A DNA stretch of 64,000 nucleotides from Chloroflexota bacterium (GCA_016235055.1 JACRMK010000056.1:23359-87358), one strand, 5' to 3'; shown: positions 8,378-19,034, numbered from the stretch's first letter. The notes: generated from the letters alone by a model not told the origin. Made by a program: numbers and translations.

Positions 8378-9736
8378 GTGAAGACCACGCTCATCCGCCA
8401 CGCCCATCTGGTCGCGACGTTTGATGACCGGCGACGCGAGATCCGAGACGGCGCAATCCTCGTGCGCGGCCATCTGATCGAGCAGGTCGGCGCGACGTCT
8501 GAGTTGCCATCCGGGGCCGACGAGACCATCGATGCGCGCGATCATGTCATTATCCCCGGCCTGATCAACTGCCATCACCACCTGTATCAGACGTTGACTC
8601 GCGCGGTGCCCGGCGCGCAGGATGGCACGCTCTTCCAATGGCTGGTCACGCTCTACCCGATCTGGGCCAATCTGACGGCGCAGGCTATCTATATTTCAGC
8701 GCTGACCGGTCTGAGCGAGCTGCTGTTGAGCGGCTGCACGACAGTCGCCGACCACCTCTACATCTACCCGAACGGCGCGCGCATCGACGACGAGATTCGC
8801 GCCGCACAAGAGATCGGCGTGCGCTTCCACCCGACGCGCGGCAGCATGTCGCTAGGCGAATCGCAGGGCGGCCTGCCGCCGGACCGGGTCACTGAGAACG
8901 AAGAGGCGATCCTGCGCGACACGCGCCGGGCCATTGAAGCGTACCACGACCCGGCGCCGTACTCGATGTGCCGCGTTGGCGTGGCGCCGTGCTCGCCGTT
9001 CTCGGTCACGACCGACTTGATGCGCCAGTCGGCGGAACTTGCGCGCGCTTATGGCGTGCGCTGCCACACCCATCTGGCCGAGACCGCCGACGAAGACCAG
9101 TTCTGTCTCGAGAAGTTCGGCCGCCGCCCGCTCGAGTACGCCGAGGATGTCGGCTGGGTCGGCGACGATGTCTGGTACGCTCACGGGGTGTGGTTCGACC
9201 CGGCGGAGATCGGTCGCATCGGCCGGTCGGGCAGCGGCATCGCACACTGCCCCACCTCCAATATGCGCCTCGGGTCCGGCGTCGCGCCGCTGTTGAACTG
9301 GCTATCCCACGGCGTCAAGGTCGGGCTCGGTGTGGATGGCAGCGCCAGCAACGATTCCGGCCATCTGCTGGCCGAAACGCGCCAGGCGATGCTGCTGCAG
9401 CGCGTGACGCATGGCCCGGCCGCGCTGACCGCGCGCCAGGCGCTGGAACTCGGCACGCGCGGCGGCGCGGCGGTGCTCGGCCGCACGGATATCGGCGCGC
9501 TCGCGCCCGGCATGGCGGCCGATCTGGCGATGTTCGACCTGAACCAACTCGCCTATGCCGGCGCATGGCACGACCCGCTGGCCGCGCTCGTCTTCTGCGC
9601 GCCGCAGACCGCCAGCCTGGTGATGGTCAACGGCCGCTTGGTGGTCCGCGAGCAGCATCTCACGACAATTGAACTCGGCCCCGTGATCGAGCAGCACAAC
9701 CGCATTGCGCGGGCCATGGTCGACGGTCCGCGCTAG
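8378..9736 (+). CDS. 8-oxoguanine deaminase-like amidohydrolase
   Basis: PGLINCHHHLYQTLTR, PCSPFSV, HTHLAET, HCPTSNMRLGSG, GVDGSASND. The ORF-track start at 8039 runs through the MITE and was trimmed. Confidence 0.92.
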   Translation: MKTTLIRHAHLVATFDDRRREIRDGAILVRGHLIEQVGATSELPSGADETIDARDHVIIPGLINCHHHLYQTLTRAVPGAQDGTLFQWLVTLYPIWANLTAQAIYISALTGLSELLLSGCTTVADHLYIYPNGARIDDEIRAAQEIGVRFHPTRGSMSLGESQGGLPPDRVTENEEAILRDTRRAIEAYHDPAPYSMCRVGVAPCSPFSVTTDLMRQSAELARAYGVRCHTHLAETADEDQFCLEKFGRRPLEYAEDVGWVGDDVWYAHGVWFDPAEIGRIGRSGSGIAHCPTSNMRLGSGVAPLLNWLSHGVKVGLGVDGSASNDSGHLLAETRQAMLLQRVTHGPAALTARQALELGTRGGAAVLGRTDIGALAPGMAADLAMFDLNQLAYAGAWHDPLAALVFCAPQTASLVMVNGRLVVREQHLTTIELGPVIEQHNRIARAMVDGPR

Positions 9737-9838
9737 ACGGACGAGGAGGCGCACCGACACACCTGTAGCGAAGCCCGCCCACATTGGATTCAACCCGTGT
9801 CAGACTCGGGACACGGTCCCATTCGGAGGAAAACGCCC

Positions 9839-11029
9839 ATGGTTCGCAAGCTGTTTCTAATCAGTGCGCTGCTCGCCCTGCTGCTGCTGGCAGCCTGCAG
9901 CCCGTCGACCCCCACCCCGCCGACGGCGGCCAAGCCGTTCACGTTTGGCGTCGTGCTGGTCGGCCCCAAGGACGACCACGGCTGGAGCGAAGCGCATTAC
10001 AACGCCGGATTGTACCTGGAGAAGAAGCTCCCCGGTTCCAAGATGGTCTGGCTCGACAAGGTGAACCCGGCCGACCGCAAAGGCACCACGCTCGAACAGG
10101 TTATCGATGACATGGTGAAGCAGGGCGCCAAGCTTATCTTCACCACGTCCGACGACTTCAAAGACGATTCCCGCGCGTACGCGCAGAAGCACGCCGACGT
10201 CACGATCATGCACATCTCCGGCGACGACGTGCTGACCAAGAAGAACCCGCCCAACCTCGGCAACTACATGGGCCGCATGGAATACGGCAAGATGATCGCC
10301 GGGTGCGCTGCCGCACTGACCTCGCAGACCGGCAAGATCGGCTACCTCGGCCCCCTCATCAACGACGAAACGCGCCGCCTGGCTGCCTCCGTCTTCCTCG
10401 GCGCCAAGTATTGCTGGACGACCGTGCGCGCCAAGCCGGCCGCCGACCTGAAGTTCGAAGTCCGCTGGATCGGCTTCTGGTTCAATATTCCCGGCGTCAC
10501 ACTCGACCCGACGAAGGTCTCCAACGACTTCTATAATGGCGGCTTCGACGTCGTCCTGAGCGGCATCGACACGACGCAGGCGCTGGTGCAGGCCGGCGAA
10601 GCGGCGAAAGCCGGCAAGAAGGTCTGGGCGATCCCGTACGACTTCAGGGACGCCTGCAACGAAGCCGCCTCAGTCTGCCTCGGCGTGCCTTACTTCAACT
10701 GGGGCCCCGGCTACCTGAAACTGGCCAACGCATACAACGCCAAGACGTGGAAGCCGGAGTTCGAGTGGCTTGCGCCGGACTGGAAGGACATCAACAACGC
10801 CGACACCAGCCCGGTCGGCTGGGTGCCCGGCCCGGCACTCGCCGCCGACAACAAGACGAAGGTGGATGCGTTCATCAAAGGTCTGGCCGATGGCTCGATC
10901 GACCTGTGGAAGGGCGAGCTGAAGTTGCAGGACGGATCGGTCTATCTGAAGGCCGGCGAGAAGGCCACCGACAACCAGATCTGGTTCCTGCCCCAACTGC
11001 TGCAGGGCATGGACGGAGCCAGCAAGTAG
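9839..11029 (+). CDS. BMP family nucleoside/purine ABC substrate-binding lipoprotein
   Basis: Lipobox LLAAC, VGPKDDHGWSEAH, GVPYFNWG; Shine-Dalgarno GGAGG. Confidence 0.93.
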   Translation: MVRKLFLISALLALLLLAACSPSTPTPPTAAKPFTFGVVLVGPKDDHGWSEAHYNAGLYLEKKLPGSKMVWLDKVNPADRKGTTLEQVIDDMVKQGAKLIFTTSDDFKDDSRAYAQKHADVTIMHISGDDVLTKKNPPNLGNYMGRMEYGKMIAGCAAALTSQTGKIGYLGPLINDETRRLAASVFLGAKYCWTTVRAKPAADLKFEVRWIGFWFNIPGVTLDPTKVSNDFYNGGFDVVLSGIDTTQALVQAGEAAKAGKKVWAIPYDFRDACNEAASVCLGVPYFNWGPGYLKLANAYNAKTWKPEFEWLAPDWKDINNADTSPVGWVPGPALAADNKTKVDAFIKGLADGSIDLWKGELKLQDGSVYLKAGEKATDNQIWFLPQLLQGMDGASK

Positions 11030-11044
11030 CAGTCTGTCAATCGC

Positions 11045-11075
11045 CCGGGCGCCGGCAGATCATGCCGGCGCCCGG
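11045..11075 (+). repeat. Intercistronic hairpin after the substrate-binding gene
   Basis: 13-bp stem CCGGGCGCCGGCA/TGCCGGCGCCCGG with no U-tract; probably stabilises the upstream mRNA (inference). Confidence 0.65.
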
Positions 11076-11093
11076 CGTCATTTGCGACATCGC

Positions 11094-12560
11094 ATGCACC
11101 TCATCCTGCGCGAGATTACGAAGACGTTCGGCCGTGTGCCGGCCAACGATCGCATCTCGTTGACCGTCGAGCCGGGCATCATCCACGGCCTGCTCGGCGA
11201 AAACGGGGCCGGCAAGTCCACCCTGATGAAGGCGCTGTCCGGCTTCATCAGCGCGGACAGCGGCGAGATCGTGCTGGACGGAAAGAGCGTGCGCTTCCGG
11301 TCGCCGCTCGAGGCGCTGGAGCATGGCATCGGCATGCTCCACCAGGACCCGCTGGATTTCCCCACCCTGAGCGTGCTTGAGAACTTCATGCTCGGCATGC
11401 CTGGTACGCTGCCGCCGCGCGCGGCGGCGCTCGCCCAGCTTCTGGACCTATCGCGCCAGTTTGACTTTACCCTGGCCCCGGAGTCACCGGCCGGCGCCTT
11501 AAGCCCCGGCGAGCGTCAACAACTCGAAATCGTGCGCCTGCTCGCACGCGGCGCGGAGTTGCTGATACTTGATGAGCCGACCACCGGCATCTCGCAGGTG
11601 CAGAAGGTCAAGCTCTTTGTGACGCTCCAGAAACTGGCGGCGCAGGGCAAGAGCATTATCCTCGTGACCCACAAGCTCGAAGACGCCGAGACACTGTGCC
11701 AGCGTGTGACCGTGCTGCGCCGCGGCCGGGTCGTCGGCGAGGTCGAGCGACCGTTCACCACTCAGAAACTGGTCCAGCTCATGTTCGGCCAGGAACTGCC
11801 ACGCCTGGAGCGCCCGGCCCTATCGGCCACACAAACGACCGTGACCGTCCGGGACCTGGCGGTACACGATCACCGCATGGCGGTGGAAGCGGTCAACCTG
11901 GAGATCATGGCCGGCGAGGTCATCGGGCTGGCCGGACTGGAAGGTAGCGGGCAGCGGCTGGTCATGCGCGCGCTCGGCGGCCTGCTGACGCCTTCGCACG
12001 GCGAGATCAGCGTCGGTGGGCAGTCGCTGGCCGGCAAACCGTACAGCCAGTTTCTGCGTACCGGCGTTGCGTACTTGCCGGCCGGGCGGATGGATGAAGG
12101 GCTTGTGCCGGGCCTCAATCTAACGGAGCATTTTGAACTGGCGCGCCGCAGCCACGACTTCACCGTGGACTGGAAACGCGCGGAAGCGCTGGCCGCCGAG
12201 CGAATCGACATGTTTAGCATTCGCGGCCGCCCCGCAACCGCAGTCGATGACCTTTCGGGCGGCAACCAGCAGCGCGCTCTGCTCGCGCTGCTGCCGGAGC
12301 AACTTTCACTGCTGTTGCTGGAGCACCCGACGCGCGGACTCGACATCGAATCGTCGGCCTGGGTCTGGACGCAACTGCTGGAACGCAGACGGCACGGCAC
12401 GGCCATCATCTTCATCTCCGCCGACCTCGACGAGATTCTGGCTTACAGCGACCGCATCGTCGTCTTCTCCGGCGGCCAGGTCAGCGCGCCGCTCGCCGCC
12501 CGCGACGCGACCGTCGAGCAACTCGGCAACCTGATCGGCGGCAAGCGCGCCCAGGGCTGA
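11094..12560 (+). CDS. ABC ATPase with two NBDs (CUT2 nucleoside type)
   Basis: GENGAGKS, LDEPT, LSGGNQQ, PTRGLD. Confidence 0.95.
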   Translation: MHLILREITKTFGRVPANDRISLTVEPGIIHGLLGENGAGKSTLMKALSGFISADSGEIVLDGKSVRFRSPLEALEHGIGMLHQDPLDFPTLSVLENFMLGMPGTLPPRAAALAQLLDLSRQFDFTLAPESPAGALSPGERQQLEIVRLLARGAELLILDEPTTGISQVQKVKLFVTLQKLAAQGKSIILVTHKLEDAETLCQRVTVLRRGRVVGEVERPFTTQKLVQLMFGQELPRLERPALSATQTTVTVRDLAVHDHRMAVEAVNLEIMAGEVIGLAGLEGSGQRLVMRALGGLLTPSHGEISVGGQSLAGKPYSQFLRTGVAYLPAGRMDEGLVPGLNLTEHFELARRSHDFTVDWKRAEALAAERIDMFSIRGRPATAVDDLSGGNQQRALLALLPEQLSLLLLEHPTRGLDIESSAWVWTQLLERRRHGTAIIFISADLDEILAYSDRIVVFSGGQVSAPLAARDATVEQLGNLIGGKRAQG

Positions 12561-12567
12561 TAGCAAC

Positions 12568-13626
12568 ATGACCACATCCGTCCCGCGCAGGTCAGTAACG
12601 CGCGTCGCTCGCCGGCTGATGCCGGCGCTGCAGCCTGTCGCACTGGCGCTGATCGTCACGCTCGTGATCATTGTACTGGTCGGCGCGTCGCCGCTCGCCG
12701 TGCTGGCCGGCATGTGGGACGGCGCGTTCGGCGATGCCGACCGGCAGGCCGATGTGCTGGCCGCCTGGGTGCCGCTGACGCTCGCCACCGTCGGACTGCT
12801 CGTTACTTTCACTGCCGGCCTGTGGAACATCGGTATCGAGGGGCAGATCACGCTCGGTGCGATTGGCGCCACCTTCGTCGTGCGCACGCTACCGGACCTG
12901 CCGGCGCCGCTGCTCCTGTCGCTCGTCCTGCTGAGCGCGGCCGTTGCCGGCGGACTGTGGGGATTGATCGTCGGAGCGCTAAAAACGTACGGCAAGGTAC
13001 ATGAGATCTTCGGTGGGATGGGGCTCAACTTCGTGGCCATCGGCCTCACAAACTACCTGATCTTCGGGCCGTGGAAGCAGGCCGGTCGCGCGTCGGCCAG
13101 CGGCACGGAACCATACCCGCTGAACGCCTATCTACCGACGCTGGAGGGGCTGCGCCTCAGCCCGTATGCGCTCGGGCTGGCCATTGTCGCGCTTTTGATA
13201 GTGTACGTGGCGCTGCGCGGAACCACCTGGGGTCTGCAACTCAAAGCGATCGGCAAGAGCTTGCGCGCCGCGCACTGGCTCGGTATCGCCACCGAGCGGC
13301 AGATACTGCTGGCGTTCGTTGTGGCGGGCGCATGCGCCGGTCTCGCCGGTGCTGTGCAGACCACTGTGACGTATCACCGCCTCATCCCGTCCATCAGCAG
13401 CGGCTACGGATATCTGGCCATCCTGGTCGCGCTGCTGGCCGGGTTCCGCGCTCTGTGGGTCGCCCCACTAGCGTTCTTCTTCGCAGCGCTCAGCCTGGGT
13501 AGCCGCACGCTGCAGATGCAGTTGCAACTCGACTCGTCGCTCGGCGGCGTCATCCAGGGCGTGCTGGTGCTGATCGTCGTGCTCGCGCGCGGCCTCGGCA
13601 CGCGCAGCGGCAATACGGAGACCTAG
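12568..13626 (+). CDS. Nucleoside ABC permease 1
   Basis: WNIGIEGQ, HEIFGG, GYGYLAILVALL; multiple TMs. Confidence 0.93.
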   Translation: MTTSVPRRSVTRVARRLMPALQPVALALIVTLVIIVLVGASPLAVLAGMWDGAFGDADRQADVLAAWVPLTLATVGLLVTFTAGLWNIGIEGQITLGAIGATFVVRTLPDLPAPLLLSLVLLSAAVAGGLWGLIVGALKTYGKVHEIFGGMGLNFVAIGLTNYLIFGPWKQAGRASASGTEPYPLNAYLPTLEGLRLSPYALGLAIVALLIVYVALRGTTWGLQLKAIGKSLRAAHWLGIATERQILLAFVVAGACAGLAGAVQTTVTYHRLIPSISSGYGYLAILVALLAGFRALWVAPLAFFFAALSLGSRTLQMQLQLDSSLGGVIQGVLVLIVVLARGLGTRSGNTET

Positions 13627-13629
13627 CGC

Positions 13630-14598
13630 ATGGACATCGTCATCCGCCTGCTGGCCTCTATCCTGGCCGATTCCGCGCCGCTCGTCTTCGCGGCGGTCGG
13701 CGAGACGATCACCGAGAAGGCCGGCGTCATCAACCTGTCGCTCGACGGCTCGCTGATGCTGGCCGCGATGGCCGGCTTCGCCGTGGCGTACAGCACCGGC
13801 AGCGTGGCCGCCGGATTCCTGGCGGCGATGGCGGTCGGCGCGCTCGTCGCGCTGCTCATCGCGTACGCGGGTATTGCGCTCAATCGCGACCAGGTGGCCG
13901 TCGGGTTCATCCTGACTGTGCTCTGCACCGATCTCAGTTCGTTCCTCGGCACGCCGTTTGTGCGCAAGCCGATCATCACTGCGTTGCCCGCGCCCATCCC
14001 GTTCCTGAGCGACATCCCGGTGCTCGGCACGCTCTTCTTCAACCACAGCGTCACGGTGTACGCCAGCTTCGCCGTCGTGCTGCTCGCCTGGCTGTTCATG
14101 TTCAAGACGCAGCCCGGCCTCATGCTGCAGGGCATCGGCGAGCGCCCGGCGGCGGCCTTCGCACGCGGCGCAAACGTCAACCGCCTGCGCTACCTCTATA
14201 CGCTGATTGGCGGCGCCCTGGTCGGCGTGGCCGGCGCGGCGTTCTCGCTGGGCGCCAGCCCCGGCTGGAGCTACCATCACACGCAGGGCTTCGGCTGGAT
14301 CGCGCTGTCGATCGTCATCTTTGGCGGCTGGCACCCGTTCCGCGCCGCCTTCGGCGCATACCTGTTCGGCGGGCTGCAAACACTCGGCAGCGTGCTGCAG
14401 GCCGGCATGCCCGACATGCCGATCTACGTCTTCCAGGTCGCGCCGTTCCTGATGATGATCCTCGTCCTGCTCGCAGCCAACAGCGAGGGACTCGACCGCC
14501 TGATGGCCTACCTGCCTGCCGGGTTCGCGCGCTGGCTCACGCGCATGCTGCGCGGGCAGTCGCCCGCCGCATTAGGCGCCAACTTCCATTCGGAGTAA
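13630..14598 (+). CDS. Nucleoside ABC permease 2
   Basis: GETITEKAGVINL, GERPAAA, GFGWIAL.IVIFGGWHP. Confidence 0.93.
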   Translation: MDIVIRLLASILADSAPLVFAAVGETITEKAGVINLSLDGSLMLAAMAGFAVAYSTGSVAAGFLAAMAVGALVALLIAYAGIALNRDQVAVGFILTVLCTDLSSFLGTPFVRKPIITALPAPIPFLSDIPVLGTLFFNHSVTVYASFAVVLLAWLFMFKTQPGLMLQGIGERPAAAFARGANVNRLRYLYTLIGGALVGVAGAAFSLGASPGWSYHHTQGFGWIALSIVIFGGWHPFRAAFGAYLFGGLQTLGSVLQAGMPDMPIYVFQVAPFLMMILVLLAANSEGLDRLMAYLPAGFARWLTRMLRGQSPAALGANFHSE

Positions 14599-14660
14599 AA
14601 TGGTTTGCCGTTGGCGCGCATGTTGGCGCGCCGGCGCCCATCCCGCCAAACGAACCGCGC

Positions 14661-15209
14661 ATGCCCAAAGTCTATCTCATCCGCAACGCCGAGACGCAGG
14701 CAACTCATGAGGACCCCGCCTTCTGGCCGCTGTCGGATCGCGGCGAGGAGCAGGCGCGCATGATCGCGCGGCTGCCTTTTTGGGACGCAGTCACGGCGAT
14801 CGTCAGCAGCGACGAAAGCAGCGCGCTCGCCACCGTCAGCCAGATTGTGTTTGACCGCCGCCTCCCGCTGTTTCACGATGTGCGCCTGCGCGAACTGAAA
14901 CGCACCAGCGAGCACCTGGAAGACCCCGAGTCGCGCGTGCTCGAAGTCATGCAGAAACCGGCGCTCAGCATCGGCGGTTGGGAGCGCGCCACCGATGCGC
15001 AGACGCGCGCAACGGCGTGCTTCCAGGAACTCGTCGACCGCTACGGCGAGGCGACGTTTGCCGTCGTCTCGCACGGCATGACGCTGGCGCTGCTGCTCGG
15101 CGTGCTGCAGGAATCGGTCGGCTACGCGTTCGATATCTGGCAATCGCTCGGCCACGGAAGCGTCGTGCTCGTCGAGCGCGATGACGCGCCGGCCCTTCCC
15201 GCCACATAA
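14661..15209 (+). CDS. Histidine phosphatase superfamily protein with the catalytic His replaced
   Basis: YLIRNAET (canonical RHG/RHA), PLSDRG.EQA, LRE, VVSHG. Confidence 0.8.
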   Translation: MPKVYLIRNAETQATHEDPAFWPLSDRGEEQARMIARLPFWDAVTAIVSSDESSALATVSQIVFDRRLPLFHDVRLRELKRTSEHLEDPESRVLEVMQKPALSIGGWERATDAQTRATACFQELVDRYGEATFAVVSHGMTLALLLGVLQESVGYAFDIWQSLGHGSVVLVERDDAPALPAT

Positions 15210-15227
15210 CAAGGATCCCGCCAAGCT

Positions 15228-16319
15228 ATGCAGATCGGCATCATTGGCCTGCCCACGTCGGGCAAGACCACCATTTTCAATGCGCTAACGCGCGGCAACA
15301 TCGCCCCGGCGGCCTACTCGTCCGGCAAGTTCGAAGTGCACACCGGCGTCGTCGACGTGCCGGACGACCGGCTTGGCGTGCTGGCGCAGATGTTCAACCC
15401 GCGCAAGGTGACGCACGCGAAGGTGCAGTATAACGATGTGGCCGGCCTCGCGCGCGGCGCCGGCGAGAAAGGCGGGCTGGAGCCGGCGCTCCTCAACCTG
15501 CTCTCGCAGAGCGACGCGCTGATTCTGGTCATCCGCGCTTTTGACGACCCGAACGTGCCGCACCCGGACGGCAGCGTGGACCCGGCGCGCGACCTGAATG
15601 CGCTGGAGACCGAATTACTGCTGGCCGACCTGATGGCGGTCGAAAAGCGCCTGCAGCGACTGAAGGAAGACGCCGGCAAGCGCGGCGGCACGCCGCAGGA
15701 GAAGGAAATGCGCGTGCGCGAGGTCGCCCTCTTCGAGCGCATGCAGACTCACCTCGAAGGCGAGCGGCGCCTCAACACGCTCGGCATGAATGAAGATGAA
15801 GTCAAATCGGTGCGCGGCTTTGGCCTGCTGACCGTCAAACCGACGATGGTCATCTACAATCTGGCGGAGTCGCAGTCGCCCCAGGCCGAGTGGGAACGGC
15901 GCGACGGCGACCAGGGCACCATCCACACGGCACTGCGCGGCAAGCTGGAAATGGAAATCGCGCAGATGGCGCCCGACGATGCGCGCGAGTTTCTTGCTGA
16001 GTACGGCATTACCGAGCCCGGCCTGAACCGCATCATCCGGCTCTCGTACGACCTGCTCGGCCTGCATTCGTTCCTGACGACCGGCGAAGACGAGGTGCGC
16101 GCCTGGACGGTCCGCAAAGGCGCGACAGCGGTCGAAGCCGCCGGCACCATTCACAGCGACCTGGCGCGCGGCTTCATTCGCGCCGAAGTCATCGCGTATG
16201 CCGACCTGATCGACGCGGGCGGATTCGCCGAAGCGCGCAAGCGCGGCACGCTGCGGCTCGAGGGCAAAACGTACGTGGTCAGCGATGGCGACATCGTCCA
16301 CGTCAAGTTCAACGTGTAG
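15228..16319 (+). CDS. ychF: Redox-regulated ATPase YchF
   Basis: GIIGLPTSGKTT, DVAGL, AAGTIHSDLARGFIRAEV, EGKTYVVSDGDI..KFNV. Confidence 0.96.
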   Translation: MQIGIIGLPTSGKTTIFNALTRGNIAPAAYSSGKFEVHTGVVDVPDDRLGVLAQMFNPRKVTHAKVQYNDVAGLARGAGEKGGLEPALLNLLSQSDALILVIRAFDDPNVPHPDGSVDPARDLNALETELLLADLMAVEKRLQRLKEDAGKRGGTPQEKEMRVREVALFERMQTHLEGERRLNTLGMNEDEVKSVRGFGLLTVKPTMVIYNLAESQSPQAEWERRDGDQGTIHTALRGKLEMEIAQMAPDDAREFLAEYGITEPGLNRIIRLSYDLLGLHSFLTTGEDEVRAWTVRKGATAVEAAGTIHSDLARGFIRAEVIAYADLIDAGGFAEARKRGTLRLEGKTYVVSDGDIVHVKFNV

Positions 16320-16344
16320 CACGACAGAGCACAGGAGCGAGACC

Positions 16345-17421
16345 ATGAAGGCCGCCGTCTTGCGCGCGCCCAATGCGCCGCTGACCATCGAGCAGGTCGA
16401 TCTGGACACTAATCTGCTAACCGGCGAGGTGCTGGTGCGGATTACGCACGCCGGCGTCTGCCACAGCGACTACCACATCATGATCGGCGAGACGCCGCAC
16501 CCAATGCCGGTGGTGCTCGGGCACGAGGGCGCGGGCATCGTGGAGGCCGTCGGGCCGGGCGTTAGCCGCCTGCACAAGGGCGATCCGGTCGCCGTGACGT
16601 TCCGCCCATTCTGCGGCTACTGCCGGCAGTGCAACAGCGGCCATCCGAACCTGTGCGACAACGTCGAAGTGCTGCGCCGCGCCTGCCGCCTCAGTCAGCA
16701 CGGCGAGCGCGTGTACAACTTCATCGGCGTGTCGTGCTTCGCCGAGTACACGGTCGTGCACGAATCCGCCGCCATCAAGGTGCCGTCCGACGTGCCGCTC
16801 GACCGCGCCGCGCTCGTCTCATGCGGCGTGATGACCGGCGTCGGCGCCGTCATCAACACGGCGAAGGTTTCGCCGGGCGAGACGGTGGCTGTGATCGGTT
16901 GCGGCGGCGTCGGGCTGAATGTGATTCAGGGCGCGCGGCTGGCCAACGCCTCCGTCATCATCGCGGTCGACATTCACGACAACAAGCTGGAGATGGCGAC
17001 CACGTTCGGCGCGACACATCTGATCAACGGCCGGTCCGAAGACGCGATCAAGAAAGTGCGCGAGCTTGTCAAGGGCGGTGTGGACTGGTCATTCGAGGTC
17101 ATCGGCCTGCCGGCGACCATGGAACAGGCGTACGCTATGATCCGCAAAGGCGGCACGGCCGTCATGGTTGGCATGCCGCCGTCGGCCAGCAAGGTTTCGT
17201 TCCCGGCGTTCTCCTTTTTTGCCGAGGAGAAGACAGTCAAAGGCTCCATGTTCGGCAGCGCGCGTCCCAGCATCGACATCCCGCGTGTCCTCGATCTGTA
17301 CAAGCATCACCAATTGCAGCTAGACGAGTTGATCTCGCGTCACTACCCGCTTGAGCGTATCAACGAAGCGTACGAGGCACTGGCGCGCGGCGAAGTGGCC
17401 CGCAGCGTCATCGATCTCTAG
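16345..17421 (+). CDS. Zn-dependent alcohol dehydrogenase (class III-like)
   Basis: GVCHSD, GHEGAG, CxxCxxC(7)C, GCGGVG; Shine-Dalgarno AGGAG. Confidence 0.95.
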   Translation: MKAAVLRAPNAPLTIEQVDLDTNLLTGEVLVRITHAGVCHSDYHIMIGETPHPMPVVLGHEGAGIVEAVGPGVSRLHKGDPVAVTFRPFCGYCRQCNSGHPNLCDNVEVLRRACRLSQHGERVYNFIGVSCFAEYTVVHESAAIKVPSDVPLDRAALVSCGVMTGVGAVINTAKVSPGETVAVIGCGGVGLNVIQGARLANASVIIAVDIHDNKLEMATTFGATHLINGRSEDAIKKVRELVKGGVDWSFEVIGLPATMEQAYAMIRKGGTAVMVGMPPSASKVSFPAFSFFAEEKTVKGSMFGSARPSIDIPRVLDLYKHHQLQLDELISRHYPLERINEAYEALARGEVARSVIDL

Positions 17422-17442
17422 CCCCTGTCGGATTGAAACGCC

Positions 17443-18675
17443 ATGAGCCCTGACATCACCCAAGAAATCCGGTCGCTCGTCGCCCAGCGGCGCGACTCGA
17501 TGATCCGGTTCTTCCGCGATATCTGCGCGATTCCGTCGTACGACTCGCAGATCGGCCCCGTGGGCGAGCGCGTCGGCCAGGAGATGCGCGCCCTCGGCTT
17601 CGACGAGGTGCGCTTCGACAAGATGGGCAATATCCTGGGCCGCATCGGCAACGGGCCGCGCTGCCTGGTGTATGATTCGCACATCGACACCGTCGGCGTC
17701 GGCGATCCGGCCGCCTGGGAGTGGGATCCGTTCAAGGGCAAGGTTGAAAACGGCATTCTCTTCGCGCGCGGGGCATGCGACGAAAAAGGCTCGACGCCCG
17801 GCATGATCTACGGCCTGGCGCTCGCCCGACAGCTCGGTCTGCTGCACGGCTGGACCGCGTACTACTTCGGCAATATGGAAGAGTGGTGCGACGGCATCGC
17901 CCCCAACTCGTTCGTTGAGGTGGACCCAAGGGTACGCCCCGATTTCGTCGTCATCGGCGAGCCGACCAAGATGCAGGTCTATCGCGGGCACAAAGGGCGC
18001 ATCGAGTTGCAGATCACGGCCAGCGGCAAATCGGCTCATGCCGCGCACCATCACCTGGGTGACAACGCGGTGTACAAGATGCTGGACATCATCGCGGGCA
18101 TCCGCGATCTCGACGCGCAGCTGCCGAGCGACCCGTTCCTGGGCAAGGCAACCGTGGTTGTCACCGATGCTGAGGTGCACACGCCGTCCATCAACGCCGT
18201 GCCAGACCTGTTCAGTATCTTCATCGACCGCCGCATTACGTTCGGCGAGACGCGCAAAGGCATCGTGGAGCGCATCCAGGCACTGATTCCGGCTGAACTG
18301 CGCGGCGAGATCACGCTCAAAGAGATGTTCTACGACACGCCGAGCTACACCGGCTTCGTCTTCCCGATCGAAAAGTACTATCCGCCCTGGGCGCTCGATG
18401 AGACGCATCCCCTGGTGCGCGCCGGGCAACGCACGATGGCGCGTCTGTGGGGCGAAGCGCCGCCCACGGGCAAATGGGGCTTCTCGACCAACGGCACCTA
18501 CTGGGCGGGGAAGGCGCAGATACCGTCGATCGGCTTCGGGCCCGGCGACGAGGTCCACGCGCACACCACGCTGGACCAGAACAAGCTCGACGATGTGGTG
18601 CGCGCCACCGAATGGTACGCGCTTTTTCCGACCGTGTTGGCGCAACTTACCGCCGCCGTTACGCCGGAGTTCTAG
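17443..18675 (+). CDS. ygeY: YgeY-family M20 metallohydrolase
   Basis: FDKMGNILG.IG.G, DSHIDTVG, GRG-like ARGACDEKG, EEWCDG, YRGHKGR, WGFSTNG, IGFGPGDE. Confidence 0.85.
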   Translation: MSPDITQEIRSLVAQRRDSMIRFFRDICAIPSYDSQIGPVGERVGQEMRALGFDEVRFDKMGNILGRIGNGPRCLVYDSHIDTVGVGDPAAWEWDPFKGKVENGILFARGACDEKGSTPGMIYGLALARQLGLLHGWTAYYFGNMEEWCDGIAPNSFVEVDPRVRPDFVVIGEPTKMQVYRGHKGRIELQITASGKSAHAAHHHLGDNAVYKMLDIIAGIRDLDAQLPSDPFLGKATVVVTDAEVHTPSINAVPDLFSIFIDRRITFGETRKGIVERIQALIPAELRGEITLKEMFYDTPSYTGFVFPIEKYYPPWALDETHPLVRAGQRTMARLWGEAPPTGKWGFSTNGTYWAGKAQIPSIGFGPGDEVHAHTTLDQNKLDDVVRATEWYALFPTVLAQLTAAVTPEF

Positions 18676-18688
18676 CCGCTCGTTGTAC

Positions 18689-18719
18689 GCCCCGCACCGT
18701 GCCGGTGCGGGGCTTTTTT
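18689..18719 (+). terminator. Intrinsic terminator
   Basis: GCCCCGCACCG/CGGTGCGGGGC followed by TTTTTT. Confidence 0.9.
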
Positions 18720-18746
18720 GTTGCCCGCAAGCCGGGCCTCTGCATG

Positions 18747-19034
18747 CAGCAATTCTCAATTTGGCTTTGTACGGGTACTTTCCAATGCCGCTTGCGATGC
18801 GCTGGCTCTCAGGCGCTTGTCACGCAAGCTGGCCCGCCGAAAAAGTGGCGTTGCCCTCCCCCCGACCCCCTCCCAACTTCGTTGGGAGGGGGCGAGATTC
18901 TTCGGGGATTGGCGCGGCGGCGTAGCCGCCGCGCCAATCCCCGTTAGCTTTTCCCCTTCTCCCCCGCGCGCGGGGGAGAAGGGGCAGGGGATGAGGGGGC
19001 ATATTGGCAGCCGACTCCAAAATGAGAATTGCTG
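18747..19034 (-). mobile_element. MITE family A, copy 2 (288 bp, inverted)
   Basis: Same TIRs as copy 1; 9-bp duplication CTCTGCATG at 18738-18746 and 19035-19043. Confidence 0.95.
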
